Source: a virus
Taxonomy: Duplodnaviria; Caudoviricetes
IMG/VR virus record: IMGVR_UViG_3300036766_002286
DNA: 64,000 nt
Reading direction: 5' to 3' (one strand)
Part shown: positions 20,987-31,208 of the stretch, piece by piece
Layout: every line of letters begins with the position of its first letter
How positions within the stretch are numbered: the first letter of the stretch is position 1
The notes under the pieces: model-generated
The model's input: only the letters and a program-made list of their open reading frames with translations
Databases searched by the model: none
What the model was told of the DNA's origin: nothing
Position numbers and translations under genes: made by a program

Positions 20987-21250
20987 ATGACTAGAAGATT
21001 TGAAGTACCTTCAGACCATATTCCAGTAAGAGTTGAGTCAGACGGTAATATTGGTTTTATCGCCCTCACTTCCGTTTTGCCTATTTACGGAACAGGTGCA
21101 ACGAGACAAGAAGCAATAGCTATGTTGAAATCTGAAATTGAGAGTCTTTTTGAGGAACTACAGTCAGGTGACCTCTTTTCAGCAGAGTGGATTGCTAGAA
21201 AAAAGTTCTTAGAGAGCCTTCCCCGCTCATTTGACGACCATAAGGATTAA
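20987..21250 (+). CDS. HicB-like antitoxin-fold protein
   Basis: GFIALTSVLPIYGTGATRQEAIAMLKSEI resembles the HicB N-terminal fold; no HicA neighbour. Confidence 0.55.
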   Translation: MTRRFEVPSDHIPVRVESDGNIGFIALTSVLPIYGTGATRQEAIAMLKSEIESLFEELQSGDLFSAEWIARKKFLESLPRSFDDHKD

Positions 21251-21256
21251 CTACTA

Positions 21257-21871
21257 GTGGGCCAGATCTTTTGTTCATTGGTATTGTTAGTATCGTTTGT
21301 TTTTCCACAAGACGCAAATCAAGCTACAAAGCGCCAACCACCGGCAAAAGAAGCTCTCTTGGTCGGAGACTCTGTACTAGCAAACATAGCTAATTACAAT
21401 GATGCCATGCAGTTACTAGCAGCCCAGCACCCGTTCATTTTCAAAGCAGTAGTCTGTCAACGACTGATCACTTACGGCTGCAAAAAAACAGCCAGGCAAA
21501 GTTCGCTAGATATACTTAAAGACAATTCTGGCAAATTCTCAAAAGTAGTAGTCGTAGCAACCGGATACAACGATTATGATAACAGCTCTTTTTCAAAAGC
21601 AATCGCAGAAGTTTCAACTGAGGCTAGTCGCCAAGGTGTACTTATTCTATGGTTGACATATAGAGAGCAAGGAACCGTCCAAAAAAAGGCAATTTCATTC
21701 AATATACAGCTTAGAAAATTTGCCCAAGTTGTCCCAAATCTTCGCATTCTTGACTGGAACGAAATTAGCTTTAACCATGATTCGTGGTTCGCAAAAGATA
21801 AAATTCATACGTCCCACATAGGTTCACTTGAAATGGCAAAGGCAATTTCGGACATACTCGCCGGTTTTTAA
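21257..21871 (+). CDS. SGNH/GDSL hydrolase-like protein
   Basis: VGDSV, TGYND and DKIH blocks; N-terminal hydrophobic segment. Confidence 0.8.
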   Translation: MGQIFCSLVLLVSFVFPQDANQATKRQPPAKEALLVGDSVLANIANYNDAMQLLAAQHPFIFKAVVCQRLITYGCKKTARQSSLDILKDNSGKFSKVVVVATGYNDYDNSSFSKAIAEVSTEASRQGVLILWLTYREQGTVQKKAISFNIQLRKFAQVVPNLRILDWNEISFNHDSWFAKDKIHTSHIGSLEMAKAISDILAGF

Positions 21872-21956
21872 TAGTTAAGTCGCACATACGTACATCTGTA
21901 GGTGTATTGCCGCATAATATACAAACAGTACAATGAATTGGAACCAAGGAGTCATA

Positions 21957-22469
21957 ATGACACAAAATGTTCATGATATCTCGTCCGCTATTTTAAATCT
22001 TAAGTCCCCCATGAGCTTAGAGAGATTACAAAACATCTTGTTTTACGCATGCGGAGAATATGCCGCACTCACCATGGATGCTTTATTCCTTGAAAATATA
22101 TTAATGTCACAATCTGGCCCTAGAGTTCAAGAAATTGATACTTTATATCAACCATACCTCAAAGGAGATTTAATTCCAACTGCCTTTTCTGGAGATTTCA
22201 CTGTTCTTAATGATACACAAGCCGTCACAATCGAATATATTCATGAAAGATATGGATCCTACACAGACGAGCAGTTTTCCAAACTTCTTGGAGAAATTCC
22301 TATCTGGAAAAAGACATATTTGAAGGGTTCCTTCAGCTCAGAAGTTTCTTTAGCTATGCTAATAGCCGTTTTCCGTCAGCACATATCTGATGTCAAGATC
22401 TCGCCCGCCCGCTTAGATTACTTCTTTTCTGACAGCCGTAGCGTGGAACAACTTCTAGACAATTCTTGA
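21957..22469 (+). CDS. Panacea/SocA (GepA-like, DUF4065) antitoxin-like protein
   Basis: SLERLQNILFYACG...LFLENI...GPRVQEI..LY pattern; AAGGAG SD before ATG 21957. Confidence 0.7.
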   Translation: MTQNVHDISSAILNLKSPMSLERLQNILFYACGEYAALTMDALFLENILMSQSGPRVQEIDTLYQPYLKGDLIPTAFSGDFTVLNDTQAVTIEYIHERYGSYTDEQFSKLLGEIPIWKKTYLKGSFSSEVSLAMLIAVFRQHISDVKISPARLDYFFSDSRSVEQLLDNS

Positions 22470-22536
22470 TTAGGATTTCACCAACTTTAGTACTATAGGT
22501 TAAATCTTACGTGGGATTCTAAGCAAAAATTACAAT

Positions 22537-22830
22537 TTAGGGTTTAGTTAAAAAATATTTGATTGCCACCGTAATCTCTTTTTCACCCACAAATTGACCT
22601 TCTTTTATCTGCAATATTGGTCGTGCTAGGTTCTCATCTGCCGAGAACAAAAAAGCAATAGAATTATCATCAAGAAGTTTTATAAGGTTTTTGACCCCCT
22701 CACTATTCTGGTCCCCAAAAAGTTGTGCTCGGGTGGTCCCAAAAAAAGCTTCCCGCATCATCGGGTCCTGCAACATTTGTTCGTATAAAGACGGTTTCTT
22801 TATTAAATCACTTGTACTATCTATTGTCAT
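22537..22830 (-). CDS. Hypothetical protein
   Basis: 97-aa ORF with GAGG SD. Confidence 0.6.
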   Translation of the reverse strand: MTIDSTSDLIKKPSLYEQMLQDPMMREAFFGTTRAQLFGDQNSEGVKNLIKLLDDNSIAFLFSADENLARPILQIKEGQFVGEKEITVAIKYFLTKP

Positions 22831-22980
22831 ATGTAACCTCGATGCTCACTTCTACTATCAAGGCTATACTAGTATCTTAAAGCCATAATTGACTAATTTC
22901 GACACCGCTAGTTTTATTGCTTTATCTCTTTTTATAGGCACAATATATTATAACATATATCACAAGATAAAGGAGCTCAG

Positions 22981-23763
22981 ATGCCAACCCCTAGAATCTA
23001 CAAAAACGAACGTGTCCCGCGAACACAGTACGTCGACTCGACAAAATGGATAGGTGCCTAGTTATATGAGGAAAATTTTGAAAGTGCTGATTTATCTGGA
23101 ATGGATATTTCTCAAGCAAACTTGCATGGAGTCAACCTGTCGCACGCCGACTTGTCAGGCACTCTTTTAGCTCGGACCAACTTGGCTGGCTCTCAGCTGG
23201 TTTATGCGCTTCTTGACGGCACAAACTTCACGTCCGCCAATCTCCGCTCCGCTTTACTAGCAAATGCCCGTATGATGCAAGCCATTTTGGATCAAGCAGA
23301 TTTAACGCTAGCTGATTTACGTGGTGTCTACTTGTATAAAGCATCTATAACACGCGCCAACCTAAAAAGCGCGAATCTTGAAGGTGCAGATCTTCGCATC
23401 GCTGATTTATCTAATTCAATTATGTCTTTTGTAAATTTTCAAACTGCAAATTTAGAAGGAGCTAAACTTATTAGCGTTACAGCAGTAAGGGCGTTTTTTA
23501 ATGGAGCCGATCTCAGTCGTGCTAACCTACATCATGCAGATATGCACAACTCAAGTCTCACGCAAAGTATTCTACAAGATGCCAATCTAACTTCGGCCTC
23601 ATTTGCAGGCGCTGACCTTAGAGAAGCCGATCTTACACACACAATCCTAGCCAATTCCGACCTCAGCGGAGCAGATCTCACCTGGGCCGCAATAAAAGAC
23701 ACTGATCTATCGCAAGCTGTTCTCACAGGTTGCACTATGCCAGATGGTACTATACATGTATAA
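22981..23763 (+). pseudogene. Pentapeptide repeat protein with in-frame TAG at codon 27
   Basis: AAGGAG SD + ATG 22981; reads ...KWIGA*LYEENFESADLSGMD..., in frame with ORF 23101..23763 ending MPDGTIHV; TAG at 23059-23061. Confidence 0.8.
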
Positions 23764-24487
23764 CTTCAGCGATAAACCCCCCAAACTTAAACGTAACGAC
23801 GTACTAGCAATAATTTCCAGCGGTGGTACTTTAGCTGGCACTAATTTATGTGGTGTTGACTTACATGGAATTGATTTTTGTAAGATTAGTTTATCTGATG
23901 TCAACTTCTATCAAGGAAATCTTAGTTGTGCTAATTTATCACACTGTGACATGTCTCGCGCGTACCTAGCCGGAGTTAATGTTAGAAAAGCTGATTTTTC
24001 TTACAGTCTTCTGACAGCGATCATCGCATCTTGTATCGAAGGAAAAGGAGCTAATTTTCATAAAGCCAATTTAACCAGAGCACTTTTTGATGGGGCGATT
24101 TTAACTCAAGCTAATCTTAGTGAGGTAATCGCCGCAGGCTATGGGGAACATAGCGAAGATGACCCTCATCCAGATACCTATACAAGTTTTCTTGATGCAA
24201 ATTTAACAGGCGCAGATTTGTCTAGATCCGATATGCAAGGGGTGTGGTTGGCCCAAGCCAGACTTGTCGGCGCGAACCTAACAGGTACTAATTTAAAGGC
24301 TGCAAGTCTTTATCGTGCTAATTTAACAGATGCAGACTTAACAAATGCAGACCTACAAAAAGCAGATTTAACAGGTTGCCGCCTAGCTGGCGCGATACTT
24401 AAAAGAGCTAATTTTACCGGCGCCACATTAGACACATACCCAGACTGGTCCGGCGCAATTATGCCAGACGGCAGTATTCATACCTAG
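23756..24487 (+). CDS. Pentapeptide repeat protein with acidic loop insertion
   Basis: LKRNDVLAII N-cap; loop GYGEHSEDDPHPDTY; AIMPDG end; start could also be 23744. Confidence 0.92.
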   Translation: MYNFSDKPPKLKRNDVLAIISSGGTLAGTNLCGVDLHGIDFCKISLSDVNFYQGNLSCANLSHCDMSRAYLAGVNVRKADFSYSLLTAIIASCIEGKGANFHKANLTRALFDGAILTQANLSEVIAAGYGEHSEDDPHPDTYTSFLDANLTGADLSRSDMQGVWLAQARLVGANLTGTNLKAASLYRANLTDADLTNADLQKADLTGCRLAGAILKRANFTGATLDTYPDWSGAIMPDGSIHT

Positions 24488-24609
24488 CAATTCCAGCAAC
24501 TATTTGTTCGTTCAAATCAGCCTCAATAGTATCACAATACAAAGTGGCTATACTTTAAAACCACATTAAACAAAATATATAGTATTACAATACAAGTTCA
24601 GGAGATATT

Positions 24610-25194
24610 GTGCCCTCAGATCCAAAATATATCGACAAAGATGGAAATCCAGCAACCCTAAAATATCGCGGTCGTGACTACGACCTAGACTCCGCTAATT
24701 TATCAGGCCTTGACCTGAGAGGTCAGGAGCTTATAGCCATCCGTGCTCCTGATGCTGATTTTTCTAACGCCGATTTATCCAATACTAACATGTCTTACAG
24801 TAATCTTGATGACGCTGATTTTACTTCCGCAAACCTCAAGGGAGCTTGCTTAGATAGTACTTTTTGTGATGGTAGTAGTTTTTACAAAGCAGACCTAACT
24901 AATGCAAGTCTAGAATCAGCGGCTATATTTGATTGTACTTTTGATGATGCCCGCTGTGTTAATGCAAACTTCACAAGAGCCAATATGGGTGGTTCTGGTC
25001 TGCATCGTACAGATTTTACTGGGGCAAATCTGTCTTATGCTCGTATGACAAACACCAACGTAAAAGACACAGACTTCACTAATGCTAATTTAACCGGCGC
25101 CATGTTTACAGACGAGTTTGCCGACAAAGCTCCAGACATGTCTACAGCAATTTTTAAAAATACTATTATGCCAGACGGCGCAGTACATCCATAA
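24610..25194 (+). CDS. Pentapeptide repeat protein (YID N-cap, MPDG C-cap)
   Basis: AGGAG SD + GTG; KYIDKDG; IMPDGAVHP. Confidence 0.93.
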   Translation: MPSDPKYIDKDGNPATLKYRGRDYDLDSANLSGLDLRGQELIAIRAPDADFSNADLSNTNMSYSNLDDADFTSANLKGACLDSTFCDGSSFYKADLTNASLESAAIFDCTFDDARCVNANFTRANMGGSGLHRTDFTGANLSYARMTNTNVKDTDFTNANLTGAMFTDEFADKAPDMSTAIFKNTIMPDGAVHP

Positions 25195-25204
25195 GGAGGA
25201 TATA

Positions 25205-26107
25205 GTGTTTGCTGATAAAAACTCCCCAAACGAAGTACTCAATAGAGTTGAAACCCATCAAACCATGCGAAATCAAGATCTAAGCAACATGGACTTAAGT
25301 GGCTTTTTGCTTGCCGGCGGCGATTTTAGAGGCTCAAACTTTACGGATGCCAATTTAAGTCGGTCCAGCTTCAAAGGTGCAGATTTGACCGGGGCCAAGT
25401 TGTCCAATGCAAATATTGAAGGCTCTAATTTTAGTTCCGTAAGGCTTAGTAACGCCAATTTAACCAATACCTATTTTCGTGGTGCTAATTTAGCAAAAGC
25501 AGATATGACTCGAGCTACTTTTAATAACACAAATCTGGAAGGCTCCAACCTTGATGAGGCAAATCTTACTTCAGCCCTATTTACAAATGTTATTTTAAGC
25601 AGAACAGCTTTAATTGGCGTACTTTTCTGTAATGTTATACTTGATGGTGTAGTTTTCACCAGCTTAAAGATGCATGATGCAGATTTTACTTCCGCTTCAC
25701 TTAAAGGTACTATTTTCGAGGATACCGAGTGCTATGGTGCTAATTTCGAAGGCCTGAATTTGCAAGAAACGAGGTTCAAAGATGTGTATTTAAATGGTGC
25801 AAATTTCACAAACGCAAATCTCACTTTTGTAAATCTTAGCAATATAGATCTAAACTTAGCGTGTTTTATTAATGCTAAGCTAGGCGGCGCAAACTTAAAG
25901 GGCGCTGATTTATCTGAAGCTAATCTCTCCGGAGCTGAGCTAACCATGGCTGCTCTACAAGGCGCTCGTCTGAATGATGCTAATCTGACGGACGCTGATT
26001 TAGCTAGAGCAAATTTGACCGGGGCTAATTTATCTGGCGTCGTATTGTCTGATAGCCAGATAGCAGAATGTATAGGTTATAGCGAAACTATAAGAGACGC
26101 CGAATGA
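25205..26107 (+). CDS. Long pentapeptide repeat protein (LTR-like N-cap, CIG C-cap)
   Basis: AAGGAGG SD + GTG 25205; SPNEVLNRV start; LSDSQIAECIGY end. Confidence 0.92.
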   Translation: MFADKNSPNEVLNRVETHQTMRNQDLSNMDLSGFLLAGGDFRGSNFTDANLSRSSFKGADLTGAKLSNANIEGSNFSSVRLSNANLTNTYFRGANLAKADMTRATFNNTNLEGSNLDEANLTSALFTNVILSRTALIGVLFCNVILDGVVFTSLKMHDADFTSASLKGTIFEDTECYGANFEGLNLQETRFKDVYLNGANFTNANLTFVNLSNIDLNLACFINAKLGGANLKGADLSEANLSGAELTMAALQGARLNDANLTDADLARANLTGANLSGVVLSDSQIAECIGYSETIRDAE

Positions 26108-26580
26108 CAACAAATATCAAATATATTGATCATAACGGCAACTCCCAAGTTCTAGAATGCAGCGAAACTTGGATGGGTGGTAAGGATTTGCGTGGAATTG
26201 ACCTACATGCAGCCGACCTAAGTAATGCTAATCTATGTGTCGCTAATTTATCCGGTGCTAATTTAACAGGTGTAAACTTAAGTGGCGCTTATTTGTATGG
26301 GGTCAATCTGCAGGGCGCGCAGCTATGTAATGCTAATCTACAAGCCGCTATCTGTATATTAGCCGACTTTCGGGAAGCTAATCTAAAAGGAGTTAATCTA
26401 TCTGACGCTAATTTGGATAGCGCTAATTTTAGTAATGCCAATCTAAGTTCAGTAAGTCTTGAGGGTGCTTACTTATATGGAGCAAATCTACGTGACACTG
26501 ATTTGACAGATACGAAAGTGTCTGAAGAGCAGAAAAATTTCCGCCTCGGCTTTGGTGAAACTAGAAGAGATCTAAAATGA
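26104..26580 (+). CDS. Pentapeptide repeat protein (YID N-cap)
   Basis: ATGA overlap; NIKYIDHNG; VSEEQKNFRLG. Confidence 0.93.
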   Translation: MTTNIKYIDHNGNSQVLECSETWMGGKDLRGIDLHAADLSNANLCVANLSGANLTGVNLSGAYLYGVNLQGAQLCNANLQAAICILADFREANLKGVNLSDANLDSANFSNANLSSVSLEGAYLYGANLRDTDLTDTKVSEEQKNFRLGFGETRRDLK

Positions 26581-27065
26581 AACTGCCCATCACATATATT
26601 GACCGCAACGGCGTCACTCAACGCCTAGAATGCAGCGAACCATGGAGCCCGCCATGGACAGGTAAGGATCTGCGTGGAGCAGACTTGCGTGGAGCAGATC
26701 TTAGTGACGCTATTTTGATTATTGCTGATCTATATGGCGCCGATTTACGAGGCGCTAATTTAAGCGAAGCTGATTTGCAGGGCGCTGATCTGCGTGGTGT
26801 GCAACTATGTGACGCTAACTTGCATGGTGCTCGTTTAGGGCAAGCCGACTTACGACGCGCTAATCTATATGGAGTTGATTTGAGTGATGCTGATCTGAGG
26901 GGCGCTCATTTCAATAGCGCCTGTTTGGTTGGTGCAAATTTAGCCGGTGCTTATTTATATCTCACTAATTTTTGTGGCGCTGATCTAACAGGCACCAAAG
27001 TGCTGCCAGAACAGAGCAATTTCTGTGTAGCAGGCTTTAATAGAACTAAAAGAGATCCAAAGTGA
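26577..27065 (+). CDS. Pentapeptide repeat protein, paralog of 26104..26580
   Basis: ATGA overlap; YIDRNG..LECSE; ADLRG repeats. Confidence 0.93.
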   Translation: MKLPITYIDRNGVTQRLECSEPWSPPWTGKDLRGADLRGADLSDAILIIADLYGADLRGANLSEADLQGADLRGVQLCDANLHGARLGQADLRRANLYGVDLSDADLRGAHFNSACLVGANLAGAYLYLTNFCGADLTGTKVLPEQSNFCVAGFNRTKRDPK

Positions 27066-27085
27066 GACACCAATTATTTTAAGCG

Positions 27086-27547
27086 TTATTGTTTACGTAC
27101 ACGCCCATCAGACATAATAGTATCACAGAAAACTGCACCCGTCAGATCCATTTGTGCCCTGTCTACTCCATAAAAATTAGCTCTAGTCAAATTTGCCTTA
27201 TAAAAAATAGTATTTTGCATAACAGCTTTTGTAAAATTTGCACCACTTAGGTCGGTTTTAGTAAAATCTGTACCATTTAAGTTAGTTGCTCCAAAATTGG
27301 CCTTAAATGCTTTAGTTTCAGTAATTTCGCTCCACGTAAGCTACAACCTTCAAGATTTGTCTCATTTAAATGTGCCCCCAGTCAAATCAGCTTCGCTTAA
27401 ATTAGCGCCACTTAAGTCGTCTCTATAGTCTAACCAGCACCCTATCAACTTTGCCTCATGCAGATCAATATTTCTCCAACTTTCACCTCTGACTAGAACA
27501 GCACTATCCCCAGTACTCGTAAAATATTTTACATCAGGAACTATCAT
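27086..27547 (-). pseudogene. PRP gene disrupted by +1 then -1 frameshifts
   Basis: Extra G in a G5 run (27375-27379) brings stops; the original frame resumes about 45 nt later and ends IMSDGRVRKQ-TAA at 27086. Confidence 0.75.
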
Positions 27548-27573
27548 AAAGATATTATATACTACTAATCAAA

Positions 27574-28202
27574 CTATAAAGCACAATTATAAATAGAGCC
27601 ATCTGGCATTATAGCGTTAGTTCTATCAGCGTTTTTAAATGTAGCACCCTCAATGTTAGCATCTGTAAAATTGACATATCTCAGATCAGCATCAGTAAAA
27701 TCTGCGCGCCTACAGTCGGCTCCAGCTAAGTTTACGCCTCTAAAAAAGGTCCCTACTAAATCTGCACCAGTCAAATCCGCCTTTTCTAAGTTGGCGCCAA
27801 ATTTAGTATCTTCCTTACCAGGATATTTCCCATCATTTCCCAGGCGCGCCTCTTGCAGGTTAGCTCTCCTCAAATTTGCCCCTCTAACTTCGCAGATTTA
27901 AGTTCAGCTCTTGTAAGATTGGCTCTGTGAAGATTAGCATCGATTAGTTTTGCATAATTTAAATCAGCCTCATACAGGTCAGCTCCTGATAAATTCGCTC
28001 CTGTAAAGTCACAACCATATAAGCTAGTACTATTTAAATTTGCATTCGTAAAATCAGCCCCAGCACAAAGTGACCATGCCATATTCACACCCGGCAACTC
28101 CACATTTTTCAAATCAACACCAGTTAAATCGACATCAGCACAGCACTCTTTTGCTAGGATTTTAGCCAAAAGCTCGTCACGAGTAAGTTTTTTACTAGTC
28201 AT
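27574..28202 (-). pseudogene. Single PRP gene split by a 1-nt frameshift
   Basis: Adding one G to the G4 run (27879-27882) joins ORFs 27870..28202 and 27574..27873 as LEGANLRRANL, giving one gene with an LTR N-cap and an MPDG C-cap. Confidence 0.8.
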
Positions 28203-28246
28203 AATAGGTCTCCTTTATATAATTATATTATATTTTATCTGTCAAA

Positions 28247-28786
28247 CTATATAGTACCAGAGTAAATAGTACCATCCGACATAGTTGTACCCATTAGATT
28301 AGCATCGGTAAAGTTTGTATCTTTTATTATAGCATCAGTCAGATCAGCATCACGAAGGTCTGCGCCAGTAAAATCTACGTTACTTAAATCTGCTTCTATA
28401 AATTTCGCACCATTCAATTTAGCATTACGAAAGGTAGCTTCATTAAGGCTGCACGCAGTTAGTTTGGCATTCTTAAGGTCTGCTCTCATAAAACTAGCTC
28501 CAATCAAAGTTGCTCCTATAAATTTTGTATAGCTCAAATCAGCCCCAGTAAACTCCGCCTCAGTTGCCTTCACATCTGAAAAGTCAGAACCATAAAGTTC
28601 CGAGCCACTTAGGTCAGATCTAGACAAATCGGTACCTGTAAAGCACGCCCACCTCGCATTAAGGTCACGTAAGTCCGTTCCAGATAAATCAATGCCAGAC
28701 ACATCCAAAGCACCAAAAATTTTTCTTGGTGGATGTGCTACTATAAGCTCGTCACGAGTAAGTTTTTCGAGCCTTTCATTATCCAT
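28247..28786 (-). CDS. Pentapeptide repeat protein (LTRDEL N-cap)
   Basis: AAGGAG SD; TTMSDGTIY end; leader region similar to that of 28202. Confidence 0.92.
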   Translation of the reverse strand: MDNERLEKLTRDELIVAHPPRKIFGALDVSGIDLSGTDLRDLNARWACFTGTDLSRSDLSGSELYGSDFSDVKATEAEFTGADLSYTKFIGATLIGASFMRADLKNAKLTACSLNEATFRNAKLNGAKFIEADLSNVDFTGADLRDADLTDAIIKDTNFTDANLMGTTMSDGTIYSGTI

Positions 28787-28847
28787 AATAAATCTCCTTT
28801 AAATAATTACACTATACTATCCACGCCTAACTCTGAAAAACAAGACT

Positions 28848-29723
28848 TTAAGCTTCCCACCAGGATTCAATATCTGTATATAAGGTACCATCCGGCATTG
28901 TAGCTCCTCTGAAATTTTGACCCTGAAGCCTAGTTCCTTTTATAAAAATTGCATCTTTTAGATTAGCCCCGCACATATACCCCATGCCCAAACAACCTCT
29001 AAAATCGACTCCGCGAAGATTAGCTTTTATCATATCTGATTCAGATAAATAGCTATCTCTAAGATCACAACCATCTAAATCGGCACCAACTAAAATTGCT
29101 CTCTCCAGGCGCGTCTGTTTAAGGTTCACTCCCTTCATACTTGCTCCACTAAAGTCGCACCTATCAAGCTTTGCACCATGAAGATCAGCACCATCAAGGT
29201 TCGTTTTTGCGAAATTACAACCATCACAGTTAGCTCTAATAAAACTACAACTCTCTAAATTTGCCATCAGAAATTCTGCGTTGTCTATTTTTGCTCCAGT
29301 AAAATTTGCGAAATTTAGGCAAGCCGAAGTAAAATTTGCGCCTCGCAGATCAGAATAGTTCATCTGTGCTTTTATCAGCTTCGCAGATGTAAAATTGGCA
29401 CCCTCAATATTAGCATATGTCATATCCATACCGTCATTACATACAGCATTAACGAAGGTAGTCTCCACAAGTTTTGCGTGGTTAAGATCTGTATGGTCAA
29501 GAACTGCTCCAGCAAACCAAGCCCTATTAAGATTGCAGTAAGATAAAATACAATCAGTCAGATCGCAATCACTGAAATTCGCACCAGCCTCGCCCCTGTA
29601 TCCTGGTCTCGCGTGTGAAAAATCACAGTTAGATAAATCTATACCCGCCCACAAGTCGCCTCTGACCAGTTCAGCATTTAAGCCGTTTTTATCAATATAT
29701 GAAATATTCGCATTCGTGCTCAT
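28848..29723 (-). CDS. Long pentapeptide repeat protein (YID N-cap, MPDG C-cap)
   Basis: ISYIDKNG; ATMPDGTLY; ATG 29723 after GGGGA. Confidence 0.92.
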   Translation of the reverse strand: MSTNANISYIDKNGLNAELVRGDLWAGIDLSNCDFSHARPGYRGEAGANFSDCDLTDCILSYCNLNRAWFAGAVLDHTDLNHAKLVETTFVNAVCNDGMDMTYANIEGANFTSAKLIKAQMNYSDLRGANFTSACLNFANFTGAKIDNAEFLMANLESCSFIRANCDGCNFAKTNLDGADLHGAKLDRCDFSGASMKGVNLKQTRLERAILVGADLDGCDLRDSYLSESDMIKANLRGVDFRGCLGMGYMCGANLKDAIFIKGTRLQGQNFRGATMPDGTLYTDIESWWEA

Positions 29724-29747
29724 AGGAATCCCCACAGTTATATTAAA

Positions 29748-31208
29748 CTATAGCCGCGGCGCCCTGTTATCAAATCCCCGCCTTGTCATAGTTCCCCAGG
29801 TCTGTTTCTTACCTCGTAAGCTCACCCACCAGCCCTCTAGGCACCACCAGGCTACGAGTTGCCGGTAGCCTATATTTTCAATAACTGCAGCAATTAAAAT
29901 TACAAACAGGTCTCGAAAACTGGAATATTTATGAAAAGTTAGCTCTTCTATACAAATGGCTAATAGGGTTATTGTAATTGCATATCCGTAAGTTATTGCT
30001 AAAAATATTAAAACATATTGAATATTTACTATCCCCAATAATAATCCCACTATAATTAAGATAAGTCCGCCAAGTTCTAATAGTGGCGCTACCAGCTCAA
30101 AGATCCAATAATGTGAAACCGCTAGTAATCCAACTTTACCGTAACGCGGATTTAGTAGCATACTTTTATATTTCCATAAGGTTTCCCATAATCCACGATG
30201 CCATCTTCTACGTTGCACTCTAAGTACTCTGAAATTTTCAGGCACCTCTGTCCATGCTACAGGTTCTGTCACAAACTCAACTCTATAGTCGCGATTGCAG
30301 TCAATCATATATTTATGTATACGCATTACAATTTCAAAATCTTCGCCAATACTGTTAGGATCTAAGCCGCCTATCTCTACTATAATATCCCGACGAAATA
30401 CCGCAAAAGCGCCACTAATCAATATCAAGGCCCCAAACTTACTCCAGCCGGCTCGGCCAAATAAAAAAGCTCTAAGATATTCTACTACCTGAATTCTAAC
30501 TAACCAAGATTTGGCAAGATTTATTTTTACCACTCGCCCATCTACAATCTCGCAACCATTTACGGCTCGAATTACCCCACCCGTAGCAACCACTCGGGTC
30601 GGGTCATCCGCAAACGGTTTTGTAACCGCAATCAAAGCGTCGGGGTCCAATATAGAGTCCGCATCCACGCACACTACTAATTCTTCACAACTCGCATTAA
30701 TACCCACACTAATGGAGTCAGTTTTACCAGAATTCTTCTTTCGTAGTACTGTAAGTCTAGTATGCCCATCGCGAGGAACATACATACTATCAACCACACT
30801 TAAAGTTGGTAAATCGCAAGAAATCTCGCGCGCAATGTCGATCAAGTCAAATGCCCGCTCTAGGCGGGAAAACGTTTCATCTATGGATCCATCATCAACA
30901 ACAATAACCTCAAAGCGCGGGTATTCCATGGACAACATTGCTTGCACGGAAACGACTATTACTTCTTGTTCATTGTACGCAGGCATTATAATAGAAATCC
31001 CACTCAAAAGCCGGTTTCCTAAAGTTTCTTCGCGGTAGGCATACCCTAAGCGTCTTTGGTGATGGGCGAAATTTACCCCAGCCATTACCACAAGTATTAT
31101 TAGTATAGTATTAGTAATACCAAAATATAAAAGCACGGGTATCCCTACAACATGCATCAGGCGCGAAACCACAAGTCTTAAATTATCTAAAAAGACACCT
31201 CCAATCAT
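29748..31208 (-). CDS. Processive family 2 glycosyltransferase (PgaC/IcaA/cellulose-synthase-like)
   Basis: PAYNE, VDDGS, VDADS, GEDFE, QRRRW motifs; transmembrane helices at both ends. Confidence 0.92.
   Translation of the reverse strand: MIGGVFLDNLRLVVSRLMHVVGIPVLLYFGITNTILIILVVMAGVNFAHHQRRLGYAYREETLGNRLLSGISIIMPAYNEQEVIVVSVQAMLSMEYPRFEVIVVDDGSIDETFSRLERAFDLIDIAREISCDLPTLSVVDSMYVPRDGHTRLTVLRKKNSGKTDSISVGINASCEELVVCVDADSILDPDALIAVTKPFADDPTRVVATGGVIRAVNGCEIVDGRVVKINLAKSWLVRIQVVEYLRAFLFGRAGWSKFGALILISGAFAVFRRDIIVEIGGLDPNSIGEDFEIVMRIHKYMIDCNRDYRVEFVTEPVAWTEVPENFRVLRVQRRRWHRGLWETLWKYKSMLLNPRYGKVGLLAVSHYWIFELVAPLLELGGLILIIVGLLLGIVNIQYVLIFLAITYGYAITITLLAICIEELTFHKYSSFRDLFVILIAAVIENIGYRQLVAWWCLEGWWVSLRGKKQTWGTMTRRGFDNRAPRL

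Noticed and set aside
23059-23061. In-frame TAG as a sign of TAG-to-Gln recoding (GAQL would fit the repeat)
   Set aside because: Paralogs end in TAG at the same cap position where others use TAA or TGA (24487, 36806), and long genes are open in the standard code. A single nonsense mutation is simpler.
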